Shown piece after piece: positions 8,024 through 17,537 of a stretch of DNA of 32,000 bases (the stretch's first letter is position 1; the number at the start of each line of letters is the position of its first letter). The stretch is from Xylanibacter ruminicola 23. GTDB taxonomy: Bacteria > Bacteroidota > Bacteroidia > Bacteroidales > Bacteroidaceae. Location of the stretch: NCBI RefSeq assembly GCF_000025925.1, contig NC_014033.1, forward strand, positions 1,710,001-1,742,000, read 5' to 3'. A program made the position numbers and the translations under genes. The notes under the pieces were generated by a model. It did no database searches. It was not told where the DNA came from and saw only the letters and a list, made by a program, of their open reading frames with translations.

Positions 8024-9913
8024 ATGAATAAAGACACTATTATCGGCTTCGTCCTCATTGCGCTGGTGCTTATCGGCTTCAGCTGGTACAACCAGCCTTC
8101 GCAGGAGGAAATGGAAGCTGCGAGAAAACAAGACAGCATTGCTACAGTGATGCAACAGGATGCCGCCAAGAAGCAGAAAGCAGAAGCGGCTGCACGTAAA
8201 GCACAGGCTGCAGCAGCTGCTCAGGGTGACACAACAGCATTGTTCTATGCCGCACTGAACGGCAAGAACCAGCCCGTTGTTCTGAAGAACGACAAGGTTG
8301 AGCTGACCTTCAACACAAAAGGTGGTACACTTGCTAAAGCAGTGATTAAGAATTTCGAGAATCTGAACGACCAGATGGGTGTAACCCTGTTCGACGAGAA
8401 CACCCAGCAGATGAACTTTATGTTGGCTGGTAAGTCGGAGAACATCATCACCAAGGACCTGTTCTTCACTCCATCAAACGTTACCGATTCTACCCTCACC
8501 ATGACAGCTCTGGCTGGCAATGGTGGTAGCATCGAATTCAACTACGTCCTGGGTAAAGACTACATGCTGCACTTCAACATGAAGGCCAATGGCCTGCAGG
8601 GCATGTTTGCTCCTAACTATCAGGAGATGAGCATTGAGTGGACCGACTTGGCACGTCAGCAGGAGAAAGGTTTTACTTTTGAGAACCGTTATACTTCGGT
8701 TACCTATAAGGAGAAGAATGGTGGTACCGACTATCTGAGCGAGACATCTGAAAAGATTGACGAGAATATTGATGAGGCTTTGGACTGGGTGGCTTTCAAG
8801 AACCAGTTCTTCTCAGCTGCTCTGATTGCTAAGGATGAGTTTGCAGCCAATTCACTGCTTACCAGCATTCCTCAGCAGAAGGGTTCAGGCTACCTGAAGC
8901 AGTTTAATGCTAAACTGAAGACAGCCTTCGACCCCACAGGTGCTAAGGCTACTGAGTTCGAGATGTATATCGGTCCTAACGACTTCCGTTTGATTAAGGA
9001 CGTGGAGCAGCAGAGTGCATTCGGTAAGGACCTCGACCTGGAGCAGTTAGTAAACCTGGGTTGGTGGCTGGTACGCTGGATTAACCGCTGGTTTACCATT
9101 TACGTATTCGACTGGCTCACCTCATGGGGCTTCTCAATGGGTATCGTACTGATTCTGATTACCTTGCTACTCAAGGTCATCACCTTCCCAATGGTGAAGA
9201 AGAGCTACATGTCATCTGCCAAGATGCGTGTGCTGAAGCCAAAACTCGACGAGGCTACCAAGCAGTATGATAAACCCGAGGATCAGATGAAGAAACAGCA
9301 GGCCATGATGCAGTTATACTCACAGTATGGCGTATCACCTCTGGGTGGCTGTCTGCCAATGCTCATCCAGTTCCCAATCTGGATGGCTATGTTCTTCTTC
9401 GTACCTAACGCTATCCAGTTGCGTCGCGAGTCGTTCCTGTGGATCAGCGACCTTTCTACTTACGATCCAATCATCGAATGGGGCACTCAGATCTGGGGAA
9501 TCGGCGATCACTTGTCGCTTACCTGTATCCTGTTCTGTGTAGCCAACGTGCTTTATAGCTATATGACTATGCGCCAGCAGCGCGACCAGATGGTTGGTCA
9601 GCAGGCTGAGCAGATGAAGATGATGCAGTGGATGATGTACTTGATGCCAGTAATGTTCTTCTTCATGTTCAACGATTACTCATCAGGTTTGAACTTCTAC
9701 TACTTTATCTCACTGTTCTTCTCGGCTGCCATCATGTGGACACTCCGCAAGACTACCAACGACGAGAAACTGCTCGCCATCCTGGAGGCTAAGTACAAGG
9801 AGAACAAGAACAATCCTCAGAAGAAGACTTCTGGTCTGGCAGCCCGTCTGGAGGCTATGCAGAAGCAGGCAGAGGAACTGCAGAAACAGAGAATGAACCA
9901 ACAAAAAAGATAA
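8024..9913 (+). CDS. yidC: membrane protein insertase YidC (long Bacteroidota form, 629 aa)
   Basis: An N-terminal TM segment is followed by a large periplasmic domain. The C-terminal 60-kDa insertase core is present (ITLLLKVITFPMVKKSYMSSAKMRVLKPKLDE...GVSPLGGCLPMLIQFPIWMAMFFF), followed by a basic tail. Confidence 0.93.
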   Translation: MNKDTIIGFVLIALVLIGFSWYNQPSQEEMEAARKQDSIATVMQQDAAKKQKAEAAARKAQAAAAAQGDTTALFYAALNGKNQPVVLKNDKVELTFNTKGGTLAKAVIKNFENLNDQMGVTLFDENTQQMNFMLAGKSENIITKDLFFTPSNVTDSTLTMTALAGNGGSIEFNYVLGKDYMLHFNMKANGLQGMFAPNYQEMSIEWTDLARQQEKGFTFENRYTSVTYKEKNGGTDYLSETSEKIDENIDEALDWVAFKNQFFSAALIAKDEFAANSLLTSIPQQKGSGYLKQFNAKLKTAFDPTGAKATEFEMYIGPNDFRLIKDVEQQSAFGKDLDLEQLVNLGWWLVRWINRWFTIYVFDWLTSWGFSMGIVLILITLLLKVITFPMVKKSYMSSAKMRVLKPKLDEATKQYDKPEDQMKKQQAMMQLYSQYGVSPLGGCLPMLIQFPIWMAMFFFVPNAIQLRRESFLWISDLSTYDPIIEWGTQIWGIGDHLSLTCILFCVANVLYSYMTMRQQRDQMVGQQAEQMKMMQWMMYLMPVMFFFMFNDYSSGLNFYYFISLFFSAAIMWTLRKTTNDEKLLAILEAKYKENKNNPQKKTSGLAARLEAMQKQAEELQKQRMNQQKR

Positions 9914-9918
9914 ACTTT

Positions 9919-12087
9919 ATGAAGAAATTTAGAATTCCAGTTTTACTATTGGGAATGATGCTTTTAGCTAATCCCGTTAAAGCAGCAGAAAACGTGAAGA
10001 TAGGGAAACAGAATATCAAGCTTGCCAGCAACCTGATGACACCCGAGGCACTTTGGGCCATGGGTCGTGTAGGTGCTGCCGAGGCTTCGGCCGATGGTAA
10101 GCAGATTGTTTACCAGATTGGCTACTACAGCGTAAAGGCTAATAAGAGTCAGCAGAAGATTGCCATCATCAACGCTGATGGTACAGGCAACACCACTCTG
10201 ACCACTGGTAGCAAGAGCGAGACAGATCCTACCTGGTATAACGGAAAGATTGCTTTCCTGACAGGTGGACAGCTGTGGACTATGAACCCCGACGGTTCTG
10301 ACCGCAAGCAGATTTCGAACACCTCGAAACCTATCGAGGGTTTCAAGTTCTCGCCTGATGGCAAGAAGGTGATTCTGCTCCACTCACTCGAGTTCAACGA
10401 AATTATCAAGAAGAATCCCGACGATCTGCCAAAGGCTACTGGCCGCTTGGTAACCGATCTGATGTATCGCCACTGGGATCACTATGTAGAGAGCATCCAG
10501 CACCCCTTTGTTGCTGATGTAACAGAGGATGGCATCAAGGATGGTATCGACATTCTGGAGGGCGAGCCCTACGAGTGCCCCATGGAGCCATTCGGTGGTA
10601 TCGAGCAGTTAGACTGGGCACCCGACTCTAAGTCGATTGCCTATACCTGTCGTAAGAAGACCGGTCTGGAGTATTCTATCTCTACCGACTCAGATATCTA
10701 TTTATATATAATAGGTACGCGCGAGACCAAGAACCTTTGCAAGCCTGCAGATTACAAGGCACCTAAGGTTAATCCTACCAAGACCCTGAAGTATCAGAGT
10801 GTGAATGCCAAGGAGAACCTGAAGAATAACGTAGGTTACGATCAGAATCCTAAGTTCTCGCCTGATGGCAAGTATATTGCCTGGACTTCGATGGAGCGTG
10901 ATGGATACGAGGCTGATCGCCTGCGCCTGTGTGTTTACAACCTGGCTACTGGTGAGAAGAAATACGTAACCGAGAGCTTTGATTCAAGTGTTGAGGACTT
11001 TGTTTGGAGCGATTCTAAGGACGCGATGATTTACTTTATCGGTGTTTGGCACGCTACCATCAACCTCTACGCCGTAAACTGGAAGGGTGAACTGAAGCAG
11101 TTGACCAACACTTGGGACGACTTCGGACAGATTCACCTGATGAACAATGGAAAGCAGCTGCTGATGGAGCGTCATAACTACACATCACCTGCCGATCTGT
11201 ATATTGTTACTCCAAACTTCAAGAAGCCTGAGAAGACACAGACCAAGCAGCTTACTTTCGAGAACAAGCACATTCTTGATCAGCTGGCTAAGCCAACCGT
11301 ACAGCAGCGTTGGGTAAAGACCAGCGATGGCAAGCAGATGCTGGTTTGGGTAATTCTGCCACCAAACTTCGACGAGAATAAGAAGTACCCCACCCTGCTG
11401 TTCTGCGAGGGCGGTCCTCAGAGTCCTGTATCACAGTTCTGGAGCTACCGTTGGAACTTCATGATCATGGCTTCGCAGGGTTATGTAGTAGTAGCACCTA
11501 ACCGTCGCGGTCTGCCCGGATTCGGTCAGGAGTGGCTCGAGGAGATCTCTGGCGACTGGACTGGTCAGTGCATGAAGGACTATCTGGCAGCTATCGACGA
11601 CGCAGCCAACAATCTGCCATACGTAGATAAGGATAAACTGGGTGCCGTAGGTGCATCGTTCGGTGGATTCTCGGTTTACTATCTGGCAGGTCATCACGAT
11701 AAGCGTTTCAAGGCCTTCATCTCTCACGATGGTGCCTTTAACCTGGAGGCCATGTACACTGAGACCGAGGAGAACTGGTTCTCTAACTTCGAGTACGACG
11801 ATGCCTACTGGAACAAGGATCGTACCGCTAATGCCGACAAGACCTATAAGAACTCACCTCATCAGTTTGTTGACAAGTGGGATACACCTATCCTTGTGAT
11901 TCACGGCGAGATGGACTACCGTATCAACGCCACTCAGGGTATGTCGGCCTTTAATGCAGCACGCATGAAGGGTATTCCAGCCGAGCTGCTCATCTTCCCC
12001 GATGAGAACCACTGGGTACTGAAACCACAGAACGGTGTACTGTGGCAGCGCACCTTCTTTAACTGGTTGGACCGCTGGTTGAAATAA
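9919..12087 (+). CDS. S9 family serine peptidase (prolyl oligopeptidase/dipeptidyl-peptidase clan), secreted
   Basis: It has a signal peptide and PD40/TolB-like propeller repeats (FSPDGKKV, FSPDGKYIAWTS). The catalytic domain carries GASFGG (GxSxGG nucleophile elbow), HGEMDYRI (Asp) and DENHW (His). It starts only 5 nt after yidC. Confidence 0.88.
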   Translation: MKKFRIPVLLLGMMLLANPVKAAENVKIGKQNIKLASNLMTPEALWAMGRVGAAEASADGKQIVYQIGYYSVKANKSQQKIAIINADGTGNTTLTTGSKSETDPTWYNGKIAFLTGGQLWTMNPDGSDRKQISNTSKPIEGFKFSPDGKKVILLHSLEFNEIIKKNPDDLPKATGRLVTDLMYRHWDHYVESIQHPFVADVTEDGIKDGIDILEGEPYECPMEPFGGIEQLDWAPDSKSIAYTCRKKTGLEYSISTDSDIYLYIIGTRETKNLCKPADYKAPKVNPTKTLKYQSVNAKENLKNNVGYDQNPKFSPDGKYIAWTSMERDGYEADRLRLCVYNLATGEKKYVTESFDSSVEDFVWSDSKDAMIYFIGVWHATINLYAVNWKGELKQLTNTWDDFGQIHLMNNGKQLLMERHNYTSPADLYIVTPNFKKPEKTQTKQLTFENKHILDQLAKPTVQQRWVKTSDGKQMLVWVILPPNFDENKKYPTLLFCEGGPQSPVSQFWSYRWNFMIMASQGYVVVAPNRRGLPGFGQEWLEEISGDWTGQCMKDYLAAIDDAANNLPYVDKDKLGAVGASFGGFSVYYLAGHHDKRFKAFISHDGAFNLEAMYTETEENWFSNFEYDDAYWNKDRTANADKTYKNSPHQFVDKWDTPILVIHGEMDYRINATQGMSAFNAARMKGIPAELLIFPDENHWVLKPQNGVLWQRTFFNWLDRWLK

Positions 12088-12099
12088 GCAAGCAATATA

Positions 12100-12158
12100 T
12101 TCCCACGTTGGGAACAATTCATTCCCAGTGTGGGAATAATATGTTCCCAACGTGGGAA
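12100..12158. promoter_or_regulatory. three 15-bp palindromes TTCCCA-N3-TGGGAA at an exact 22-bp phase (12100-12114, 12122-12136, 12144-12158)
   Basis: Read directly from the sequence: TTCCCAcgtTGGGAA, TTCCCAgtgTGGGAA and TTCCCAacgTGGGAA. They sit between the S9 peptidase stop (12087) and the MFS start (12193). No TAnnTTTG box is present in this gap. Confidence 0.6.
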
Positions 12159-12192
12159 TAAATACGAAAAGTAATTAAATAGAAACAAAATA

Positions 12193-13815
12193 ATGACTCA
12201 AGCAATTCAAAAGACCCTTCGCGACAGCGCTGGAATGCGCTGGACTGCGCTTTTACTGCTGGCACTGGCCATGTTCTGTGCCTACATCTTTATGGACATT
12301 CTCTCACCTATCAAGGACCTGATGCAGGAGACCCGTGGTTGGGACTCAACAGCATTCGGAACCATGCAGGGTTCAGAGGTATTCCTTAACGTGTTCGTGT
12401 TCTTCCTCATCTTCGCAGGTATCATCCTCGACAAGATGGGCGTTCGTTTCACCGCTGTGCTTTCGGCTGCTGTAATGGTGGTTGGTGCCTGCGTAAAATG
12501 GTATGCCGTAAGCGAGAGCTTCATGGGAACCGGACTCGAGACTTGGTTTAACAACCATCTTAATTATATCCCCGTATTCGACGAACTGGGTGTATCACCA
12601 TTCTATGCTGGCATGCCTGCTTCGGCTAAGTTTGCTGCCTGCGGCTTCATGATCTTTGGTTGTGGCTGTGAGATGGCCGGTATCACCGTAAGTCGTGGTA
12701 TTGTAAAATGGTTCAAGGGTCGTGAGATGGCTTTGGCTATGGGTTCAGAGATGGCACTCGCCCGTCTGGGTGTTGCCACCTGTATGATCTTCTCGCCTTT
12801 CTTTGCCCGTTTGGGTGGTGAGGTTTCAGTAAGCCGTTCAGTAGCCTTCGGTGTGGTACTGATGTGTATCGCTCTCATCATGACCATCGTATATTTCTTC
12901 ATGGACCAGAAGCTGGATGCACAGACAGGTGAGGCTGAGGAGAAAGACGATCCATTTAAGATCAGCGACCTGGGTAAGATTCTTACCGATGCTGGTTTCT
13001 GGATTGTAGCTCTGCTTTGCGTGCTTTACTACTCAGCCATCTTCCCCTTCCAGAAGTATGCTGTAAACATGCTGCAGTGTAACCTGACTCTTACAGCCCC
13101 CGATGCTAACTCATTCTGGGCTCAGCCCGATGTTACCATCGTTCAGTACATCATCATGCTGATTGTGGCTGCTGCAGGTTTCGCCTCAAACTTCCAGAAG
13201 AAGGCCAACCTGAAGTACGGTCTGCTGGCTCTCTCAATCTTAGCACTCATTACCTACTGTTATATGGGCTTCATGCGTCAGTCAGCCGAGAGTATCTTTG
13301 CAGTATTCCCACTGCTGGCTGTACTCATCACACCTATCCTTGGTAGCTATCTCGACCACCACGGTAAGGCAGCCACCATGCTGGTACTGGGTTCAATCCT
13401 GCTGATTGCCTGTCACCTCACCTTCGCCTTCGTTCTGCCAATGTTCAAGGGCAATGCTGTTGGTGGTATCATCATCGCTTACACCACTATTCTGGTGCTG
13501 GGTGCTTCGTTCTCACTGGTACCTGCAAGCCTCTGGCCTTCAGTGCCCAAGCTGGTTGATGCCAAGGTAATCGGTTCGGCCTACGCTCTGATTTTCTGGA
13601 TTCAGAACATCGGTTTGTGGTTGTTCCCACTGCTGATTGGTAAGGTACTCGACCAGACAAACCCTGGCGTAACCGATCCTACACAGTTCGATTACACAGC
13701 ACCTCTGGTTATGCTGGCTTCGCTTGGTGTAGCAGCCCTCATCCTGGGCTTCGTGCTCAAGGTGGTAGATAAGAAGAAAGGTATTGGTCTTGAACTTCCA
13801 AACATCACAGAATAA
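12193..13815 (+). CDS. MFS transporter, MFSD1-like, long form (540 aa)
   Basis: A multi-TM protein. The blocks VKWFKGREMALAMGSEMALARLG, FWIVALLCVLYYSAIFPF and SLWPSVPKLVDAKVIGSAYALIFWIQNIG parallel human MFSD1 blocks that I recall (VSWFKGKELNLVFGLQLSMARIG; ALWPMVAFVVPEHQLGTAYGFMQSIQNLG). It is a paralogue of 15257-16612. Confidence 0.85.
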   Translation: MTQAIQKTLRDSAGMRWTALLLLALAMFCAYIFMDILSPIKDLMQETRGWDSTAFGTMQGSEVFLNVFVFFLIFAGIILDKMGVRFTAVLSAAVMVVGACVKWYAVSESFMGTGLETWFNNHLNYIPVFDELGVSPFYAGMPASAKFAACGFMIFGCGCEMAGITVSRGIVKWFKGREMALAMGSEMALARLGVATCMIFSPFFARLGGEVSVSRSVAFGVVLMCIALIMTIVYFFMDQKLDAQTGEAEEKDDPFKISDLGKILTDAGFWIVALLCVLYYSAIFPFQKYAVNMLQCNLTLTAPDANSFWAQPDVTIVQYIIMLIVAAAGFASNFQKKANLKYGLLALSILALITYCYMGFMRQSAESIFAVFPLLAVLITPILGSYLDHHGKAATMLVLGSILLIACHLTFAFVLPMFKGNAVGGIIIAYTTILVLGASFSLVPASLWPSVPKLVDAKVIGSAYALIFWIQNIGLWLFPLLIGKVLDQTNPGVTDPTQFDYTAPLVMLASLGVAALILGFVLKVVDKKKGIGLELPNITE

Positions 13816-13817
13816 TT

Positions 13818-15281
13818 ATGAAAATAGGTTTCGATAACGACAAGTATCTCAAGATTCAGTCTGAGCATATCAAGGAGCGCATCGCTCAGTTCGACGGCAA
13901 GCTCTACATGGAGTTAGGTGGCAAACTGTTCGACGACCACCATGCATCGCGTGTTCTGCCAGGTTTCAAGCCCGACAGTAAGCTGCGCATGCTGGGACAG
14001 TTGCGCGACAGCATCGAGATTGTCATCGTGGTTAGCGCCGAGGACATCGAGAAGAACAAGGTACGTGCCGACCTCGGCATTACCTACGACGAGGATGTAC
14101 TGCGTTTGCGCGATGAGTTCATGGGCCGCAACTTCATGGTGGGCAGTGTGGTTATTACCCACTACAACGGTCAGCATGCTGCCGATCAGTTCCGTCATCG
14201 TCTGGAGCGCGAGGGCATCAAATCATACATCCACTACCCCATCGACGGTTACCCACACAACGTGGAGCTGATTGCCAGCGACGAAGGCTTTGGAAAGAAC
14301 GATTACGTAGAGACCTCACGTCCACTCGTTATCGTAACAGCTCCTGGTCCTGGTAGCGGTAAGATGGCTACCTGTCTGAGTCAGCTCTACAACGAGAACA
14401 AGCGTGGCATCCGTGCCGGATATGCAAAGTTCGAGACCTTCCCCGTATGGAACCTGCCTTTGAAGCATCCTGTAAACATCGCCTACGAAGCTGCAACTGC
14501 CGACCTGAACGATGTGAACATGATCGATCCCTTCCACCTGGAGGCATACAACAAGACTGCCGTGAACTACAATCGCGACATCGAAATCTTCCCCGTGCTT
14601 AATGCTCTCTTCGAGGGCATCTATGGCGAGAATCCTTACAAGTCGCCCACCGATATGGGTGTGAACATGATTGGTTTCTGCATCAGCGACGATGAGATTT
14701 GCTGCAAGGCTTCGAAGGATGAGATCATCCGCCGTTTCTACGATGCAACCAACAAGATGGCCGACGGTGCTGATAACGAGAGCGAGGTAAACAAGATACG
14801 TATGCTCTTTAATCAGGCCAAGATTACTACCGCCTTCCGTCCGGTTACCACAGCTGCCTACGAGAAGAAGATCGAGACAGGTCTGCAGGCTGCTGCTATC
14901 GAGCTTGAGGATGGTACTATCATCACCGCCAAGTCGTCGCCACTGTTAGGTTGCAGTGCCGCTCTGCTTATCAATGCCATGAAATATCTGGCAGAGATAA
15001 ATCACGAGGAGAAGCTGATTCCACAGAGTCTGATTGAACCTGTACAGAAGACCAAGATTGAATACTTAGGTGGTAAGAACCCCCGCCTGCATACCGACGA
15101 GGTACTGGTAGCCCTGAGCGTACTCTCTAACGACGACGAGAAATGTCGCAAAGCCTTGGAGCAGTTGCCCAAGCTGCGCGGCTGTCAGGTACACACCACC
15201 GTTATGCTGAGCGAGGTTGACCGCAAGATCTTCAAGAAATTAGGTTGTGGATTGACATGCGACCCAGTAAAGAAAAAATAA
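13818..15281 (+). CDS. DUF1846 / UPF0371 family protein (487 aa), function unknown
   Basis: The N-terminus MKIGFDNDKYLKIQSEHIKERI....KLYMELGGKLFDDHHASRVLPGFKPDSKL and the ~490 aa length fit the UPF0371/DUF1846 family as I remember it. It starts 2 nt after MFS-1 and overlaps MFS-2 by 25 nt. Confidence 0.75.
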   Translation: MKIGFDNDKYLKIQSEHIKERIAQFDGKLYMELGGKLFDDHHASRVLPGFKPDSKLRMLGQLRDSIEIVIVVSAEDIEKNKVRADLGITYDEDVLRLRDEFMGRNFMVGSVVITHYNGQHAADQFRHRLEREGIKSYIHYPIDGYPHNVELIASDEGFGKNDYVETSRPLVIVTAPGPGSGKMATCLSQLYNENKRGIRAGYAKFETFPVWNLPLKHPVNIAYEAATADLNDVNMIDPFHLEAYNKTAVNYNRDIEIFPVLNALFEGIYGENPYKSPTDMGVNMIGFCISDDEICCKASKDEIIRRFYDATNKMADGADNESEVNKIRMLFNQAKITTAFRPVTTAAYEKKIETGLQAAAIELEDGTIITAKSSPLLGCSAALLINAMKYLAEINHEEKLIPQSLIEPVQKTKIEYLGGKNPRLHTDEVLVALSVLSNDDEKCRKALEQLPKLRGCQVHTTVMLSEVDRKIFKKLGCGLTCDPVKKK

Positions 15282-16612
15282 ATAACTCGCCTTTTGCGAG
15301 ATGGATAGTGCTCATCATCGTGGCAACCGCCATGATGATGGGCTATTTCGTTAACGACGTTATGTCGCCACTCGAAACGCTCCTTGAACTGCCCAAGGAG
15401 CAGGGAGGCTTAGGTTGGACACCATCCGACTATGGTTTCTTCTCAGGCGCAGGCAGTTTTATCAATGTATTTCTGTTGATGCTCTTCTTCTCGGGATTGA
15501 TTCTCGACAAGATGGGTATCCGTTTTACAGGCACGTTAGCCTGTTCGCTGATGGCCTTAGGCACACTGATAAAGTATTATGCCGTAACGGCCGAATTCGG
15601 TAACGAGCCCATAGCATTTCTCGATTATCAGCTGCCCGCCTCAGCCGTTTGGGCATCCTTGGGATTTGCTATATTCGGTGTAGGCTACGAGATGACAGGT
15701 ATCAGTGTATCAAAAGCCATGGTACGATGGTTCACTGGTCACGAGTTAGCCTTGGCCATGGGCATCCAGTTGGCCATGGCCCGTTTGGGCACCGCTGCAG
15801 CCCTGAGCATCTCAGCCCCCATCGCCCGCCACTACACACTCTCCATGCCACTATTAATATCACTGGCATTCTTAATCATCGGTCTGTTGGCATTCCTGGT
15901 ATTCTGCGTAATGGACCGCAAGTTAGATGATAGTGGACAAACAACAGAGGATAACGCTGATAACACGCAGTATGAGGAGCAATTCCATTTCTCTGATATC
16001 CTCGTCACCCTTCGTAATCCCGGTTTCTGGCTCATTACACTGTTCTGCGTATTGTTCTATTCGGCCGTATCTCCATTCCTCAAGTTCTCAACCAAACTGA
16101 TGGTGATGAAATATGGTGTTGATCCCGATATCGCAGGATTCTTCTCATCGATTGCACCCTTCGGTACCATTCTGATGACACCATTATTCGGACTGATTTA
16201 CGACCGCTATGGCAAAGGCGTAACCTTAGTAATTACAGGTGCACTTATGCTTACAGCCGTTCATTTCGGTTTCTCACTGCCTATTCACAGCAGCACCATC
16301 GCTATCGCTTTGATGGTAACACTCAGCATTGGCTACTCGTTGGCACCTGCCGCCTTATGGCCTTGCGTACCAAAGATTATCCCACTGAAGTGTTTAGGCA
16401 CCGCTTACTCCATGATTTTCTTTATCCAGAACTTCGGACGTGCTGTGATTCCCATGTGTGTAGGACGAGCTAATGAAACTGATCCTACCTACACTACCTC
16501 GATGCTGATTTTTGGATTTACGGCATTAGGCGCAGCTGTAACAGCGATTGCCATACTGGTAATCGACAAGAAAAAGAACTACGGGTTGCAACTGCCGAAT
16601 ATTAAAAAATAA
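15257..16612 (+). CDS. MFS transporter, MFSD1-like, short form (~451 aa)
   Basis: ORF 15245-16612 begins at a TTG; I prefer the ATG at 15257. It is clearly paralogous to 12193-13815, sharing DKMG(V/I)RFT, W(F)(K/T)G.E(M/L)ALAMG, LWP.VPK and the C-terminal DKKK..GL.LPNI. Confidence 0.85.
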   Translation: MRPSKEKINNSPFARWIVLIIVATAMMMGYFVNDVMSPLETLLELPKEQGGLGWTPSDYGFFSGAGSFINVFLLMLFFSGLILDKMGIRFTGTLACSLMALGTLIKYYAVTAEFGNEPIAFLDYQLPASAVWASLGFAIFGVGYEMTGISVSKAMVRWFTGHELALAMGIQLAMARLGTAAALSISAPIARHYTLSMPLLISLAFLIIGLLAFLVFCVMDRKLDDSGQTTEDNADNTQYEEQFHFSDILVTLRNPGFWLITLFCVLFYSAVSPFLKFSTKLMVMKYGVDPDIAGFFSSIAPFGTILMTPLFGLIYDRYGKGVTLVITGALMLTAVHFGFSLPIHSSTIAIALMVTLSIGYSLAPAALWPCVPKIIPLKCLGTAYSMIFFIQNFGRAVIPMCVGRANETDPTYTTSMLIFGFTALGAAVTAIAILVIDKKKNYGLQLPNIKK

Positions 16613-17537
16613 GTCGTACAACTAATGGCAGGTGGTCGCTGAAACCACCCTGGTAGCGAGGACCGATATACGTTCTTCGTGGTCGATACCCGCCATATCT
16701 GGCATCCTCTTCTAATAAGAACTTCGGTGCATGAATAAAAGCGGTATCCACCTTATTATTAATAGAGGAACTGCCTAATATATGATCGATACTCTCCCAC
16801 TCGCCTTTGTAACGATAGGTGCCACGAACACCATTGGCACCCTTGGCATGTTTGGTCAGGTTCACCAAACCATGTTGCTCGTACTGTAACAGACTTGGAC
16901 TAAGGGCACCATCATTAAAGTCGCCCGCAACCATCAGTTTAGCGTCAGGAGAGATGGCTCGGATAGAATCTATCGATTGGCAAAGTCGATCTGCCACAGC
17001 CAGTCTGAATGGGCGACTATGTTTCTCGCCACCAAACTTACTGGGCTGATGCACCACAAATACATGGAGTGTATCACCAGAAACAGTTTCGCCACAGGCA
17101 TACAGTATATCTCGTGTAACACGCATGCCCTCGACAGGATTCACACGAATAGCATAACTACGGATGGGTGCAAACGAAGCTGGCGCATAAAGGAGCGCCA
17201 CATCAATGCCGCGCTCATCGGGCGAAGAAGTCATCAGATACTGATAGCCAGCATGACGCAACAGCGAGCGACGCGTGAAATCACGCATCACCGAATCGTT
17301 TTCAACCTCACATAATGCCACCAAATCAGGGATACCATTACCTTCATCCGAACACGAAAGCAATTCCTGAGCCACCATATTCAGTTTATGCCAATAACGT
17401 CTCGACGTCCAATGTCTGTCCGATTCTGGAAGAAATTCAGTATCCTGCTTACCAGCATCGTGAGTATAGTCGAACAAGTTTTCGCAGTTCAACTCTACAA
17501 ATGTCAAGAAGCCCGATAACAGCAGACTGAGTATCAT
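16602..17537 (-). CDS. endonuclease/exonuclease/phosphatase (EEP) family protein
   Basis: 311 aa. It has the N-terminal LNCENLFD motif and the C-terminal SDHLPLVVRL motif characteristic of the EEP/DNase I-like fold. Its ATG overlaps the nhaC-family stop (ATGA). Confidence 0.8.
   Translation of the reverse strand: MILSLLLSGFLTFVELNCENLFDYTHDAGKQDTEFLPESDRHWTSRRYWHKLNMVAQELLSCSDEGNGIPDLVALCEVENDSVMRDFTRRSLLRHAGYQYLMTSSPDERGIDVALLYAPASFAPIRSYAIRVNPVEGMRVTRDILYACGETVSGDTLHVFVVHQPSKFGGEKHSRPFRLAVADRLCQSIDSIRAISPDAKLMVAGDFNDGALSPSLLQYEQHGLVNLTKHAKGANGVRGTYRYKGEWESIDHILGSSSINNKVDTAFIHAPKFLLEEDARYGGYRPRRTYIGPRYQGGFSDHLPLVVRLIF

Noticed and set aside
14340-14365. Glycine-rich PGPGSGKM loop in DUF1846, considered as a Walker A P-loop.
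   Set aside because: It does not fit [AG]-x4-G-K-[ST]: the spacing is wrong and Met follows Lys. I therefore do not call it an NTPase. Only a structure or HMM comparison could decide.
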